Positions 31,901 through 41,600 of a stretch of DNA of 64,000 nucleotides are shown here, one piece after another. The stretch covers positions 46,763 to 110,762 of the forward strand of contig JANNXA010000024.1 in the NCBI GenBank assembly GCA_031409275.1, in the 5' to 3' direction. The stretch is from Planctomycetota bacterium. Lineage in GTDB: Bacteria > Planctomycetota > B15-G4 > SIAN01. The position numbers were made by a program, and so were the translations under genes. How positions within the stretch are numbered: position 1 is the first letter of the stretch; every line of letters begins with the position of its first letter. The notes below the pieces were generated by a model. That model had not been told where the DNA came from and did no database searches. It saw only the letters and a list, made by a program, of their open reading frames with translations.

Positions 31901-32171
31901 CCTCGCGGCGGGCGACGCTGCGCTCGCGAGCGACACGGGCGGCGCGCCGCACGCGACGCCGCGCGGCGAGGTTCTGCGCGATGCGCCGCAACCAGCCACC
32001 GGCGCGCGTCGCATCGCCGGGTGGATGGAGCCACGCGGCGAGCTGCGTCTCCTGAACCAGGTCCTCGGCGTCGCCGTCGTCCGCAAGCGAGCGCGCCAAC
32101 GCCAGCAACTCGCGGCGGTCGCCGAGCAGCTGATCGACGTCGAGAGGTGCATCGGAATCGGGAGGGGTCAT
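28959..32171 (-). CDS. ECF sigma-70 factor fused via a TM helix to a long carboxypeptidase-regulatory-like repeat region
   Basis: Sigma2 (DAEDLVQET, WLRRIAQN), sigma4 (VVLLRYF..TVRTRLKRG), TM segment, then GRVVD..G..SDxxGRF repeats. Confidence 0.88.
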   Translation of the reverse strand: MTPPDSDAPLDVDQLLGDRRELLALARSLADDGDAEDLVQETQLAAWLHPPGDATRAGGWLRRIAQNLAARRRVRRAARVARERSVARREAQPAADHLVAQVELQRALAEALLRLDEPHRRVVLLRYFDGQPPRTIAVQLGLPVETVRTRLKRGLARLRGDLDSRYGTRDQWGGLALAMGATAMGTATKSAVAAGVLVAVLATWHFVVEPRRAPSPNADSVANAALPADASSSGASDGMPASPVPAPADAPQAQRREASAEGRGAAALFERIAVVGVVVDARGGAPLRDATVELRWFAGSAAEGATLEQRVTELVSGADGRVAATLERVARDWFDGSVDAPQRVHLELDGRRSTQRDNVPIVDLGRIELSVGARVVGRVVQLPERTPVAGATLHLRANSYVGSDRFGPDSARPVATSDGDGRFELSEPVTTEHSAAVLFALGAGRIGYALFRVAGEAEQVDVEVALEPPARLRVRVVTPAGEPVSDAEVVAYPTFPPFGQRHFGNDEPPLPSIAREPWKALFRGVTDEAGSVVFDSLIEGRDEPLLENLSSSSRGYRLYVMAEGWRPVVRSLGVARGREDEVIVELRPPTVHRVVGRVVDERGGGIAGATVAIAGFEPTTSDAEGHYATSDREGPIGDLDGKATADGFAPGDFGATGDWVRGRITTIDADSSGVVGADGVARVREELPLDFTLMRAGQVRGRVIDDGGAPQAGVVVHVEALDPQQQNYVQLRATQPTDAQGRFVVEGVSDLRFTLFAEPVDGCIAPFPQRVRAGDDVVVVLQRLPATTARAVITVRDGASGAALTPVRAFAWPRSNYVHSRPGAQLSSGKIVVDALFPGDWELRGDFSDGRRAVLRFRIEQPDQQLALDWTVGEPAQIAGQLMRGGQPVRGEVHWFLWVRPDTNNPQDGGHQIDASGRPQSDVTDGCAHIDDEGRFLLGRLPVGLPICLYVEGDGEHASATVVLQSGERRELPLELQPSARIEWRIGEALAPGRLLIELANGDEPLARETEVATDRMGSVVAESTRPAGRLRWRATWTAASGFPAAKRIATGELALPAGATTTLELARFE

Positions 32172-32249
32172 CGCCACCACGCTACGGCCGGGATCTGGGG
32201 TCGATCCGTCGACGCCCAACCACTCCACGCCGCCGGTGGCGAATCGGGT

Positions 32250-32696
32250 TCAGCTCGCTACGACGGGAGCGGCGGGCTTCTGCGCAACGGGACGTGCAGA
32301 CCCGGCGACGCCCCAGCCACCGGACCGAAACGTCGCCAGCCACCAGAACTGGAAGAGGACCACGTGTGAAGCACGGCCAGGTTCGTCGAACTGCCAGAAG
32401 CCGAATGCGATCGCGCCCCACATCGCCACCACGAGCAGCAGGCTGATCCGACGCGCCGCAGCGGCCCAGCGCGGCCTCGCCTGCACGCGCGGCAGGAGCC
32501 ACGCGGAGATCCACCAGATGGAGAGCATGAGCGCCGCGACGATCGCGACCGGGAGCGTGATCCAGCGCACGAGCCGCAACGATCGCGTGAAGAGCGCCGT
32601 GAGCAGGAGCCCGATCATGATCGGGACGGAGATCGCGACGCTGATCGCGATGCCGGGATTGCGCTCGAACCAACCGGAGGAACGCGAGCGGCTCAT
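32250..32696 (-). CDS. Hypothetical integral membrane protein
   Basis: 3-4 hydrophobic helices; RBS GGAGG; ATGA overlap. Confidence 0.6.
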   Translation of the reverse strand: MSRSRSSGWFERNPGIAISVAISVPIMIGLLLTALFTRSLRLVRWITLPVAIVAALMLSIWWISAWLLPRVQARPRWAAAARRISLLLVVAMWGAIAFGFWQFDEPGRASHVVLFQFWWLATFRSGGWGVAGSARPVAQKPAAPVVAS

Positions 32697-33229
32697 CGCG
32701 GCGCCTCCATGCTCTGCCGCAGCCAGCGCCCTTGTCCCGCCGCCCCCACCCAACGCACCTGCTCGACGCGAACTCGATGGAGCGACGTCAACGCGAGGAG
32801 ATCGACCACGAGGGCGCCCTCGCCGGCGTTCGGCGGCGCGACGAGGCGGCGCGTTCGATGGTCCACGAGCGCCTCGCCGAACTGCGGGACCGTCGCGAGG
32901 CCGACATAGAGCGCTAGGCAATAGAGGCCGCCGCGCTGCGCGATCGGCAAGAACCAGGCGTCATCGCCCTCCGGTGGTGGCGCGCGCCAGTGGCGGAGCA
33001 GCTGAACGAAGAGCAGCGAAGCGATCGCGCCCGCGACGACGGCAATGATCGGACCACGCGGGAGGAAGAGCGAGTCGATGCCCTCCCAACGCGGCGAGGC
33101 GGGATCGATGCAGATCCAGTACGCGAGCCACGGAACCACGGCGATCGCGACGGCCGCGACGGCCCGCGCGGGCAGTCGTCGCCGTCGAGTCGTCGCCGGG
33201 GCATTCGGCGCGGAAACGGTTGCATCCAT
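32693..33229 (-). CDS. Hypothetical membrane protein
   Basis: Three hydrophobic segments; coupled to the downstream gene. Confidence 0.55.
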   Translation of the reverse strand: MDATVSAPNAPATTRRRRLPARAVAAVAIAVVPWLAYWICIDPASPRWEGIDSLFLPRGPIIAVVAGAIASLLFVQLLRHWRAPPPEGDDAWFLPIAQRGGLYCLALYVGLATVPQFGEALVDHRTRRLVAPPNAGEGALVVDLLALTSLHRVRVEQVRWVGAAGQGRWLRQSMEAPR

Positions 33230-33276
33230 GCCGTCGCAGGATCGCAGTGCCCGCCCGAACTCACAAGCGCTGACGC

Positions 33277-33385
33277 ACCTCGCCGGTAGCGACCTCGCCG
33301 GTAGCGACCTCGCCGGTGGCGGGGATCTTTCCACCACCTCGGTGCGCCGATGGCCGGTGCGCAGGTGGCGGGGATCTTTCCACCA
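33277..33385. repeat. Three 15-bp tandem repeats plus two 22-bp palindromic (REP-like) direct repeats
   Basis: ACCTCGCCGGTRGCG x3 (33277-33321); GGTGGCGGGGATCTTTCCACCA at 33315-33336 and 33364-33385. Confidence 0.85.
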
Positions 33386-33418
33386 GCGATCGATCCCCGT
33401 CCATCGGCCGCGCGCTCC

Positions 33419-34906
33419 TCAGGGCAGCACGACCAGCTTCACGGCGTTGCTGAGCGCGACGCCCTTCGGCTGCGCCGCGTCGAGGATCAGCGCCTGCACG
33501 TAGATGTCGACGGGGCCACCACCGCCTTCGAGATCGTCGAGGAGGAGCGAGCCGGAGGCGTCGGTCGCAAACGGCAGGAAGAGCTCGAGGCCCACTGGCA
33601 CCAGGAAGCCGCCCTTGAACGGCGTCGGCGCGAAGGTCAGCGACGCCGCGATCCAGGCCGGCCGATTGGCGGCGGCGCCGGTGACCAGGAGATCGGCGAA
33701 ATTGCCGCTGGCGAATGGCTCGCCGCAAATGGTGAGGTGCGCATGGCCGGGCCCGCCGTAGCCGAGATCCTGCTGGCAAACGCGGACGTTGTTCTCGAGC
33801 ACGGAGATGTCGTCGCTGCCTTCGTTGAAGGTGATCAGCTCGACGTCACCGTCGCCGTCGAGATCGACCGCCAGCATCTCCGGGCACTCGGGATTGCTGC
33901 CGACCGGGTACTCGATGCCGCGGTTGAAGATGCCGATGCCGGCGTTGCGCATCACCGAGACATCGTTCGATCCGGCGTTGCAGGTCGCCATGTCGATGAT
34001 GCCGTCGAGGTCGAAGTCGCCAGAGCAGCAGCCGGTGGTGTCGACCCCCTTGAATGCGCCGTTGATCGGCCCGATCCACGGGTTGCCGCCGTTGTAGCGC
34101 AGGTACACCTGCGGCGCCTCGAAGACGCTGCCGCGCGACACGGAATAGAAGTCGAGGAATCCGTCGCGATCCATGTCGGCCATGCCCAGCCCATGCGGCT
34201 TGAGCTGCGTGCCGTAACCGAGGTCGATCAGGAACTGGAACGTCCCATCGCCGCGATTCTCGTAGACGCGAACGAGATGGTCGTCGCGCGACGTCGCCGC
34301 CAGATCGGGGATGCCGTCGCCCGTGACATCGCCCGCCGTCACATCGCGCGTCTCGGTCCCGATGGCATAGAAATCAGCGGCCAGGAAGCCACCCGCTCCA
34401 TCGCTGAGGAGCACGGCGACGTCGCCGGCGCCGCGCTCGTTGATGGCGAGGTCGAGCCAACCGTTGCCATCGAAGTCGATGGCGACGACCATGCTCGGCT
34501 CGAAGCCGAGCGGGAAGGTCGCACCCGGCGTGAAGGTCCCGTCCCCATTCGCGAGGACGAGCTGCAGCTCTTCGGCGCCGAAGAGGACGACCGCAAGGTC
34601 GACGTCGCCGTCATGGTCGAAGTCCCCGATGGTGACGCCTTCGGGATTGCTGTCGCTGGCCAACGCGAGGAGGAGCGGCGGTGCGAAGGTGCCGTCGCCG
34701 AGGTTGCGCAGGAAGGCGAGCTCGTCGTCGCCGCGACCGGAAACGATCACATCGAGGAAGCCGTCCTCGTCGTAGTCGAGCGCTGCGCCGCCGGACGGCC
34801 GGCTGAGCGCTGGGTAGTGAACGGCCGGCGCGAAGTCGATCTGAGCGGAGGCTGTGGCCGCGAGGCCCAACAGCAGCAACGGCAATCCGGCAACAACACG
34901 CTTCAT
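33419..34906 (-). CDS. Secreted FG-GAP/VCBS repeat beta-propeller protein
   Basis: Signal peptide; seven DxDxDGxxD repeats; C-terminal CQQDLGYGGPG domain. Confidence 0.9.
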   Translation of the reverse strand: MKRVVAGLPLLLLGLAATASAQIDFAPAVHYPALSRPSGGAALDYDEDGFLDVIVSGRGDDELAFLRNLGDGTFAPPLLLALASDSNPEGVTIGDFDHDGDVDLAVVLFGAEELQLVLANGDGTFTPGATFPLGFEPSMVVAIDFDGNGWLDLAINERGAGDVAVLLSDGAGGFLAADFYAIGTETRDVTAGDVTGDGIPDLAATSRDDHLVRVYENRGDGTFQFLIDLGYGTQLKPHGLGMADMDRDGFLDFYSVSRGSVFEAPQVYLRYNGGNPWIGPINGAFKGVDTTGCCSGDFDLDGIIDMATCNAGSNDVSVMRNAGIGIFNRGIEYPVGSNPECPEMLAVDLDGDGDVELITFNEGSDDISVLENNVRVCQQDLGYGGPGHAHLTICGEPFASGNFADLLVTGAAANRPAWIAASLTFAPTPFKGGFLVPVGLELFLPFATDASGSLLLDDLEGGGGPVDIYVQALILDAAQPKGVALSNAVKLVVLP

Positions 34907-35136
34907 CGAGGATCTCCAGGAATCGAGCAGCAGTGCAGACGCGCGGCGGCGCCGTTCGACAACGGCCGCCGTGCGATCGCGGAGCCGTCGCAACGTCAGT
35001 GCCGGGGCCGATTCCCCGTCCGACGCCCCGGAGCCGCTCGCGCCGCTTTGTGCCGAGCGCCCCGTCGCTCCCGCTTCCATCCACGATCTGGACCGTTCTG
35101 TCCAAAGCGGCGTGGGATCGGGCTCGCCGTGGTGTC

Positions 35137-35655
35137 ATGGTGCGCGTGGACCTCGAATCGACACTGCTCGCCACGTTTCGCGCGACTCTGCCCGACCTCT
35201 ACGCCTTCGTGGCGCGACGCGTCGGCGGCGAGCGAGCGTTGGCGGAGGACCTCGTCCAGGAGACGTGGCTGCGCGCCGTCGACACGTGGCGCAAGCGAGG
35301 GGCGCCGCGCGAGCCGATCGCGTGGCTCAAAACGACCGCGCGCCACCTCCTGCTGAACCACCTGCGAACGCAGAGTCGCCGGCCGACCGTCGCGCTCGAC
35401 CGCGATCCGCTGGCCGGCGATCCAACGGGAGCCGCAAACGTCTGGTCGAGCGATGACGCGGCGCGAGTGCAGTGGGGTCTCGCCCGACTCGGCAGCGGCG
35501 ACGCTGAACTGATCGAAGCGTTCCACCTGGAGGGCCACTCGACGCGCGAACTGGCGCAACAGCGCGGCCTGAGCGAGCGGGCCATCGAAGGACGATTGCA
35601 TCGAGCGCGCGCCAAGCTGCGGCGCCTGTTGGGCACGAACGGAGCGACGACATGA
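35137..35655 (+). CDS. ECF sigma-70 factor
   Basis: LAEDLVQETWLRA, WLKTTARH, AIEGRLHRAR. Confidence 0.88.
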   Translation: MVRVDLESTLLATFRATLPDLYAFVARRVGGERALAEDLVQETWLRAVDTWRKRGAPREPIAWLKTTARHLLLNHLRTQSRRPTVALDRDPLAGDPTGAANVWSSDDAARVQWGLARLGSGDAELIEAFHLEGHSTRELAQQRGLSERAIEGRLHRARAKLRRLLGTNGATT

Positions 35656-36632
35656 CGACCGACCACACCCCTCTTCCGGTCGACGCATTGCTTCCCGACC
35701 CGCGTTTCGCGGAGTTCCTGGAATGGCAGCTGCGGAGCTCGCTGCGACGCGCCACGCGTTTCTCGACGTCGGCGACGACCGCGACGCCGACGAGTGCGCG
35801 CTCGCGCTTCGTACGCCTCGCTCTTGCTGCCGCCGCGTTGCTGGTGGCGCTGACGCTTGGCGCCTGCGGCGTGCTGGCGGTGCAGGAGGCGGAGCGGCGT
35901 GAGGAAGGGCAGCTCCTCGCCGCGCAATACGACGTGAAGCTCGAGCTGGCGAGGGGCCGCGAGGCGCGGGCCAAGGAGGAGTGTGGCCGGCGCGAGCAAC
36001 AGCTCCGGGCCGGCTTGCTCCCGAAGGAGGAGTTCGACGAGGCCGGTTCGCGACTCGCGCGGCTGCGGTTCGAGCGGCAGCTCCTCGAGCTCGATGCCGC
36101 CGAGGTCGCAGCACGCGGCCGAGAACCAGATCGGCGGCTCGGCGCGGAACGGGTCGGCGGCCGCGACTTCGTCGACGAGCGGCTGGCGTTGGAGCAAGCT
36201 GCGGATCGCTTCGAGTCGAGGCTCGTCCTCGAACGGTACCAGCGCGCGGAGCTGCTGCAGGCGCAGGGCCTGGTGCCCGCTGCGCAATTCGAGGAGGCGT
36301 CGGTCGCCATGGCCGCGGCGATCGCGCGCCAACACTCGCTCGTCAGTCGTCGCGAAACGCGCCGGCGCTTCCTCGCCGGCGATTTCAGCGCGTTCGACGC
36401 CGAGTGGGCTGGACTGCGCGCGATCGCCGAAGCGGAGCGCTCCACTGCCACGGCACTCCTCACCGTGGCCACGATTCAGCGCGACCGCCTCGCGGCGCTG
36501 CATCAGGTGGATCGCATCCCCGCTGCGGAACTCTCGGCGGCCGAGCAGGCGCTCGCCGACGCGCAGGCTCGCCTCGACCTCGCCGAGCTCGAGTTGGCGA
36601 CGATCAAGGCGCGCCGTCGCGAGGCGAAGTGA
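35652..36632 (+). CDS. Putative anti-sigma membrane protein with periplasmic coiled-coil repeats
   Basis: ATGA-coupled to the ECF gene; one TM helix; helical repeats. Confidence 0.6.
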   Translation: MTTDHTPLPVDALLPDPRFAEFLEWQLRSSLRRATRFSTSATTATPTSARSRFVRLALAAAALLVALTLGACGVLAVQEAERREEGQLLAAQYDVKLELARGREARAKEECGRREQQLRAGLLPKEEFDEAGSRLARLRFERQLLELDAAEVAARGREPDRRLGAERVGGRDFVDERLALEQAADRFESRLVLERYQRAELLQAQGLVPAAQFEEASVAMAAAIARQHSLVSRRETRRRFLAGDFSAFDAEWAGLRAIAEAERSTATALLTVATIQRDRLAALHQVDRIPAAELSAAEQALADAQARLDLAELELATIKARRREAK

Positions 36633-36678
36633 AGGCAGCCGCTGGCGCGGAGTGTCGTGGAACGCCACCATCCGCGGC

Positions 36679-37437
36679 GTGCGACTCCACTGGACACGAC
36701 CGCGCTCGCTGCTGGTCGGCGCGCTGATCACCGCGCTGCCGTTGGCGGTGCGCGCATGCGATCCGCCGCCGCGCCACCACGGCCACGACTACGGTGCCGC
36801 GCTCGACGCTGCGGCGCAGGACGGTCGGCTGTTGCTCGTCCATCTGCGTCATCCGCAGCGCGACGCGGGGGGCCGGCTCGACCTCTTCACGCTGCTCGAC
36901 CATGACGTCGCGGCGCTGATCGAGAAGCGCTTCCATCAGGTGACCGTCGACGTCCTGCGTGAGTCGAAGCTGGCGGAGCGGCTCGCGGGCAGCGGAACCG
37001 CGGTCGCGACGCTCGTCCTCGCTGGCGACGGTCGGGTGCTCGCGCGCCAGGACGGCTACGTCGAGGCGACCCCCTTCCGCGCCTGGCTCGAGCGCGTGCT
37101 CCGCGAACGGCCGCGCCTCATGGCGCTGGAGCAGCAGCTCGTCGGCGCGCCGCTCGACGTCGACGCTCGGCTCGAGTTCGCCGAATTGCTCCACGCGCTT
37201 GGCGCGGACGCTCGCGCGGACTTGCAGCTCGCCGAGGCGCGGTCGGCCCTTGGCGCCGTCGCGCCGGAAGCGATGCGCGTCGCACGCGTCCGGGCCCGCG
37301 GCCTCGACGTCGAGCTGCTGCGTGGTCGCGGGCAGGACGAAGCGGCGCAGCAGCTGCAGAAGCTTCCGATCGAGCGCTATCCTCCGCCCCCTTCTGCGGC
37401 GGAGGCGGACGTCGAGCGTCCGCGCGAGCCGCGCTGA
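36679..37437 (+). CDS. Exported thioredoxin-like fold / TPR-like protein lacking CxxC
   Basis: YGAALDAAAQDGRLLLVHL, VTVDV, DGRVLARQDGY; start codon uncertain. Confidence 0.5.
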   Translation: MRLHWTRPRSLLVGALITALPLAVRACDPPPRHHGHDYGAALDAAAQDGRLLLVHLRHPQRDAGGRLDLFTLLDHDVAALIEKRFHQVTVDVLRESKLAERLAGSGTAVATLVLAGDGRVLARQDGYVEATPFRAWLERVLRERPRLMALEQQLVGAPLDVDARLEFAELLHALGADARADLQLAEARSALGAVAPEAMRVARVRARGLDVELLRGRGQDEAAQQLQKLPIERYPPPPSAAEADVERPREPR

Positions 37438-37440
37438 GTA

Positions 37441-37601
37441 GTGTCCTGATCCCGAAGTGCGCATCACCATTCGGGGCGCCCTTCGCGCATGGCTTCGTCG
37501 GACCTCCTCATCGACTTCCCGCGAAGTCGATGTCGTCGGCCCTCCTTGCCGTGCACGAAGCTCGCCTCCGACTGCTCTCCCGAACTTCGGAATCAGGACA
37601 C
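37441..37601. mobile_element. MITE family C (161 bp)
   Basis: TIR GTGTCCTGATCCCGAAGTGCG / CGAACTTCGGAATCAGGACAC (19 of 21 match); TA on the left, CA on the right; same internal core as families A and B; single copy in the window. Confidence 0.75.
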
Positions 37602-37615
37602 CAGGAGATCGCTCG

Positions 37616-38626
37616 ATGCCACGCCTCTTCGCCACACTCGCGCTCGCCGTCACTTCGATCTCGACTCCCGCACAGGAGAGCCCGATGGTGCTCGGCAGCG
37701 GTCGCCACACCTACCAGTGGGTGAAGGATTGGGCGAAGTTGCCGGCCGGCATGGCGGAACTCGGCAGCACGCACGGTGGCATCGTCGTCGACAAGGCCAA
37801 CCGCATCTACGTCACGACCGACACGGCGAACTCGCTGTGTGTCTTCGAGCAGGATGGTCGCTTCGTCGGAGCGGTCGGGCAGGAGTTGAACGGCGGACTG
37901 CATGGCGTCGTGCTACGTGAAGAGAACGGCACCGAGTTCATCTACGCAGCGCACCTCTCTGCGCACGAGGCGGTGAAGCTCAAGCTCGACGGCAGCGTGG
38001 TGTGGCGCATCGGCTACCCGAAGGAGTCGGGGATCTACCAGGACGCGGGCGGCTACGCGCCGACCGGTATCGCGGTGCTGCCCGATGGTGCGGTGGTCGT
38101 GGCCGATGGCTACGGCACGTCGTGGCTCCACCTCTTCGACAAGGATCAGAAGTACGTCAAGTCGTTCGGCGGGCCGGGCACCGAAGCGGGCAAGTTCCAG
38201 ACCAGCCACGGGCTGTGCCTCGACACGCGCGGGGAGAAGCCGCTGCTGCTGATCGCCGATCGCGCGAACCACCGGCTCCAGCACTTCGACCTCGAGTGCA
38301 ACTTCGTGAAGCTCTACGACCAGGAGCTGCGCCTGCCCTGCTTCACGACGATCGCCAACGGCGGCGGCGACGTCGCCGTGCCCGACCTGCAGGGGCGCGT
38401 GACGATCTTCGACCGCGAGATGAAGCTGGTCTGCCACCTCGGCGACAACCAGGAAGAGGGGCTGCGCGGCAACTTCGACGTGCGCCACGACCGCCTGAAG
38501 GAGGGCCAGTTCACCTCGCCGCACGGCTGCGCGTGGGATCACGACGGCAACCTCTACGTGCAGGATTGGAACGTGCTCGGCCGCGTCACCAAGCTGCTGC
38601 GAGTGAAGCCCGCCGCCGGAAAGTGA
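37616..38626 (+). CDS. Secreted NHL-repeat beta-propeller (peptidylglycine lyase-like)
   Basis: RBS AGGAG; signal peptide; ADGYG, FQTSHG, ADRANHRLQ, FTSPHG. Confidence 0.85.
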   Translation: MPRLFATLALAVTSISTPAQESPMVLGSGRHTYQWVKDWAKLPAGMAELGSTHGGIVVDKANRIYVTTDTANSLCVFEQDGRFVGAVGQELNGGLHGVVLREENGTEFIYAAHLSAHEAVKLKLDGSVVWRIGYPKESGIYQDAGGYAPTGIAVLPDGAVVVADGYGTSWLHLFDKDQKYVKSFGGPGTEAGKFQTSHGLCLDTRGEKPLLLIADRANHRLQHFDLECNFVKLYDQELRLPCFTTIANGGGDVAVPDLQGRVTIFDREMKLVCHLGDNQEEGLRGNFDVRHDRLKEGQFTSPHGCAWDHDGNLYVQDWNVLGRVTKLLRVKPAAGK

Positions 38627-38699
38627 TCGCGCACGGCGGGAACTCGGCGGTGGTGGGCAGCGTACGCTGCGCCTTCCCCTGCCGCCGAGGAGCCGCCGC

Positions 38700-41600
38700 A
38701 TGTCCACTCGCGTCCCCCATCGCCCGTTCCGCCCGTTCGTCGCGCTGACCGTCGTCGGCAGCACGCTCGCCTGCGCCGCCGCTGCGGCTCCGCTGGCGCC
38801 ATCCCCGCTCGCCGCGCCGCGCCCGCCGCCTGCGGCGCAAGCGAGCGAAGGCCTGAGCACGACCGACACGCGCCTGCTCGAGCAGCCGGCGATGAGCGCC
38901 ACCCACCTCGCATTCGTCTACGCGGGCGATCTGTGGGTGGCGAATCGAGATGGCAGCGGCGCGCGCCGCATGACGTCGCATCCCGGCCAGGAGTCGCGGC
39001 CGCGCTTCTCACCCGATGGCCAGTGGCTCGCCTTCTCCGGCGAGTACGACGGCAACGTCGACCTCTTCGTGATGCCGGTCACCGGCGGCGAGCCGCGTCG
39101 CCTCACCACCCATCCGGGCGCCGACGTCGTGCAAGGCTTCACCGCCGATGGTCGCGAGCTCCTCTTCACGTCGCAACGCGATGTCCATTCGGGACGCTTC
39201 CACCACCTCTTCAAGGTAAGCGTTGAGGGCGGTTGGCCGACGCGCCTGCCGCTACCGAGCTGCAGCAAGGCGACGCTCTCGCCGGACGGGAAGAAGGTCG
39301 CCTACCTGCCGCTCTCCGAGCCGTTCCAGCAGTGGAAGAACTACCGCGGCGGTCGCGCGAGCCGGATCTGGATCTGCGACCTCGCCGACCTCTCGGTCGA
39401 GCAGGTGCCGCAACCGGCGGGGCGCTGCAACGACACCGACCCGATGTGGCTGGCCGGCCCGCATTCGAATCAGCTCTTCTTCCGCAGCGACCGCGCCGGC
39501 GAGTTCAACCTCTTCGCCTATGACTTCGCCAGCAAGGCCGTGCAGCAGAAGACGACGCACGCCGACTTGCCGGTGGTGAACGCTTCCGCGGCTCCGGACG
39601 CAATCGTCTACGAGCAGGCCGGTTGGCTGCACCGCTTCGATCCCAAGAGCGGCGTGGCGCAACGGCTCATCGTCGGCGTCGCCGCCGACCTCGTCGAGAC
39701 GCGGCCGCGTTTCGTGAAGGGCGCGCAGTACCTGCGCAGCGCGAGCCTCTCGCCGAGCGGCACTCGCGTCGCCGTCGGCTTCCGCGGCGAGATCGTGACG
39801 CTGCCCGCCGAGAAGGGCGATCCGCGCAACCTGACGCAGTCGCCCGGTGTGAACGAGCGCGACCCGGCCTGGTCGCCCGACGGCAAGACGATCGCCTGGA
39901 CGTCGGATGAAGGCGGCGCGCACCACCTCGTGCTGGCGCCGCAGGACGGACGCGGCGAACGGCGCACGCTGACGATTCCGGGCGCCGGCTTCTACGAGCC
40001 GGCCGGCTGGTCGCCCGACAGCCGCAAGCTGGCGGTCATCGACAACGCGCGCGCGCTCTGGCTCGTCGATGTGGAGAGCGGCGAGTCGAAGCGGATCGAT
40101 GCGGAACCGGTCTATGGCGTGCTTTCCAGCATCGCGATCGCCTGGTCTCCCGACTCGAAGTGGCTCGCCTACACGCTGGCCGTCCGCACCGGCTTCCGTC
40201 GCCTCTACCTGCGCGACGTTGCCGCCGAACGCTCGACCGCCGTGACCGACGGCCTTGCCGACGTCGCCGAACCGGCGTTCGACGCCAGCGGCAAGTACCT
40301 CTGGTTCGCGGCGTCCACCGACGCCGGGCCGCTGCTCAACTGGTTCTCGCTGACCAGCAGCGACCTCGCGCAGACCAACGCCCTCTACGTCGTCTGCCTG
40401 CAGAAGGGGACGCCGTCCCCGTTCGCGCCCGAAAGCGATGAGGAAGCCGGTGTCGTCGCGGCCGCAGCGAAGCCGGCCGACGCGACGCCTGCCGACGCGA
40501 CGAAAGCCGATCCCGCTGCCGCCGACGCGGTGGTGACGCCGTCGATCGACCTCGATGGCCTTGCGGAGCGCATGCTGGCGCTGCCGTTGCCAACGGCCGC
40601 GTACAGCAACCTCGTCGGTGGCAGCGATGGACAACTTTGGTACGTGAAGTCGGAGCGCGCGCCGTTCTCCGGGCCGGCGCAAAAGCCGACGTTGGCGCGG
40701 TTCGACCTCGCGACGCGCAAGGAGAAGGTGATCCAGGAAGGGGTCGACGGCTTCGAGCTGTCGGCCGACAAGAAGAAGCTCCTGATCGGCGGCGGCGACG
40801 GGCGCTTCGTGGTCGCGGCTGGCGACGCGCTCGACAAGAGCAAGGGGCGCCTCGCCGTCGATGCCATCGAGGTGCGCATCGAGCCGCGCACCGAGTGGGC
40901 GCAGATCCTCGACGAAGTGTGGCGCATCAACCGCGACTGGTTCTACGACCCAGGGATGCACGGCGCCGATTGGCCGGCGATGCGCGCGCGCTACTTCCAG
41001 TTCCTCCCCCACCTCGCGACGCGCGGCGACCTGAATCGCGTGATCCAGTGGCTCTGCTCGGAACTGGCCGTCGGCCACAGCTACTCGGGCGGCGGCGACA
41101 CACTGATCAGCGGCAAGCCGATCGCTGGCGGACTGCTCGGCGCCGACTACGAAGTCGTCGATGGACGCTATCGCTTCGCCAAGGTCTTCGGGGGCCAGCC
41201 GTTCGCACCGGAACTGCGCGCTCCGCTCGCGGCACCCGGCGTCGCGGTGCAGGCGGGCGAGTTCCTGCTCGCGGTCGACGGCGTGCCGCTGCTGGCCAGC
41301 GAAGAACTCTTCGCGCGATTCGAAGGCAGAGCGGGCAAGCAGGTCGAGCTGACCGTCGGGCCGAACGCGGACGGCAGCGGCTCGCGCACGGTGAAGGTGG
41401 TGCCCGTCGAGAACGAGGCGGCATTGCGCAACCGCGACTGGGTCGAAGGCAACTTGCGCCGTGTCACTGAGGCGACGGCTGGCCGAGTCGGCTACGTCTA
41501 CGTGCCGAACACGTCGGATGCCGGCTTCACCTACTTCAAGCGCTGGTTCTTCCCGCAGACCGATCGCGAGGCGTTGATCGTCGACGAGCGGATGAACGGC

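Noticed and set aside
33315..33385. Possible mini-CRISPR (22-bp repeat, 27-bp spacer)
   Set aside because: Only two repeats, shorter than typical, no leader and no cas genes in the window.
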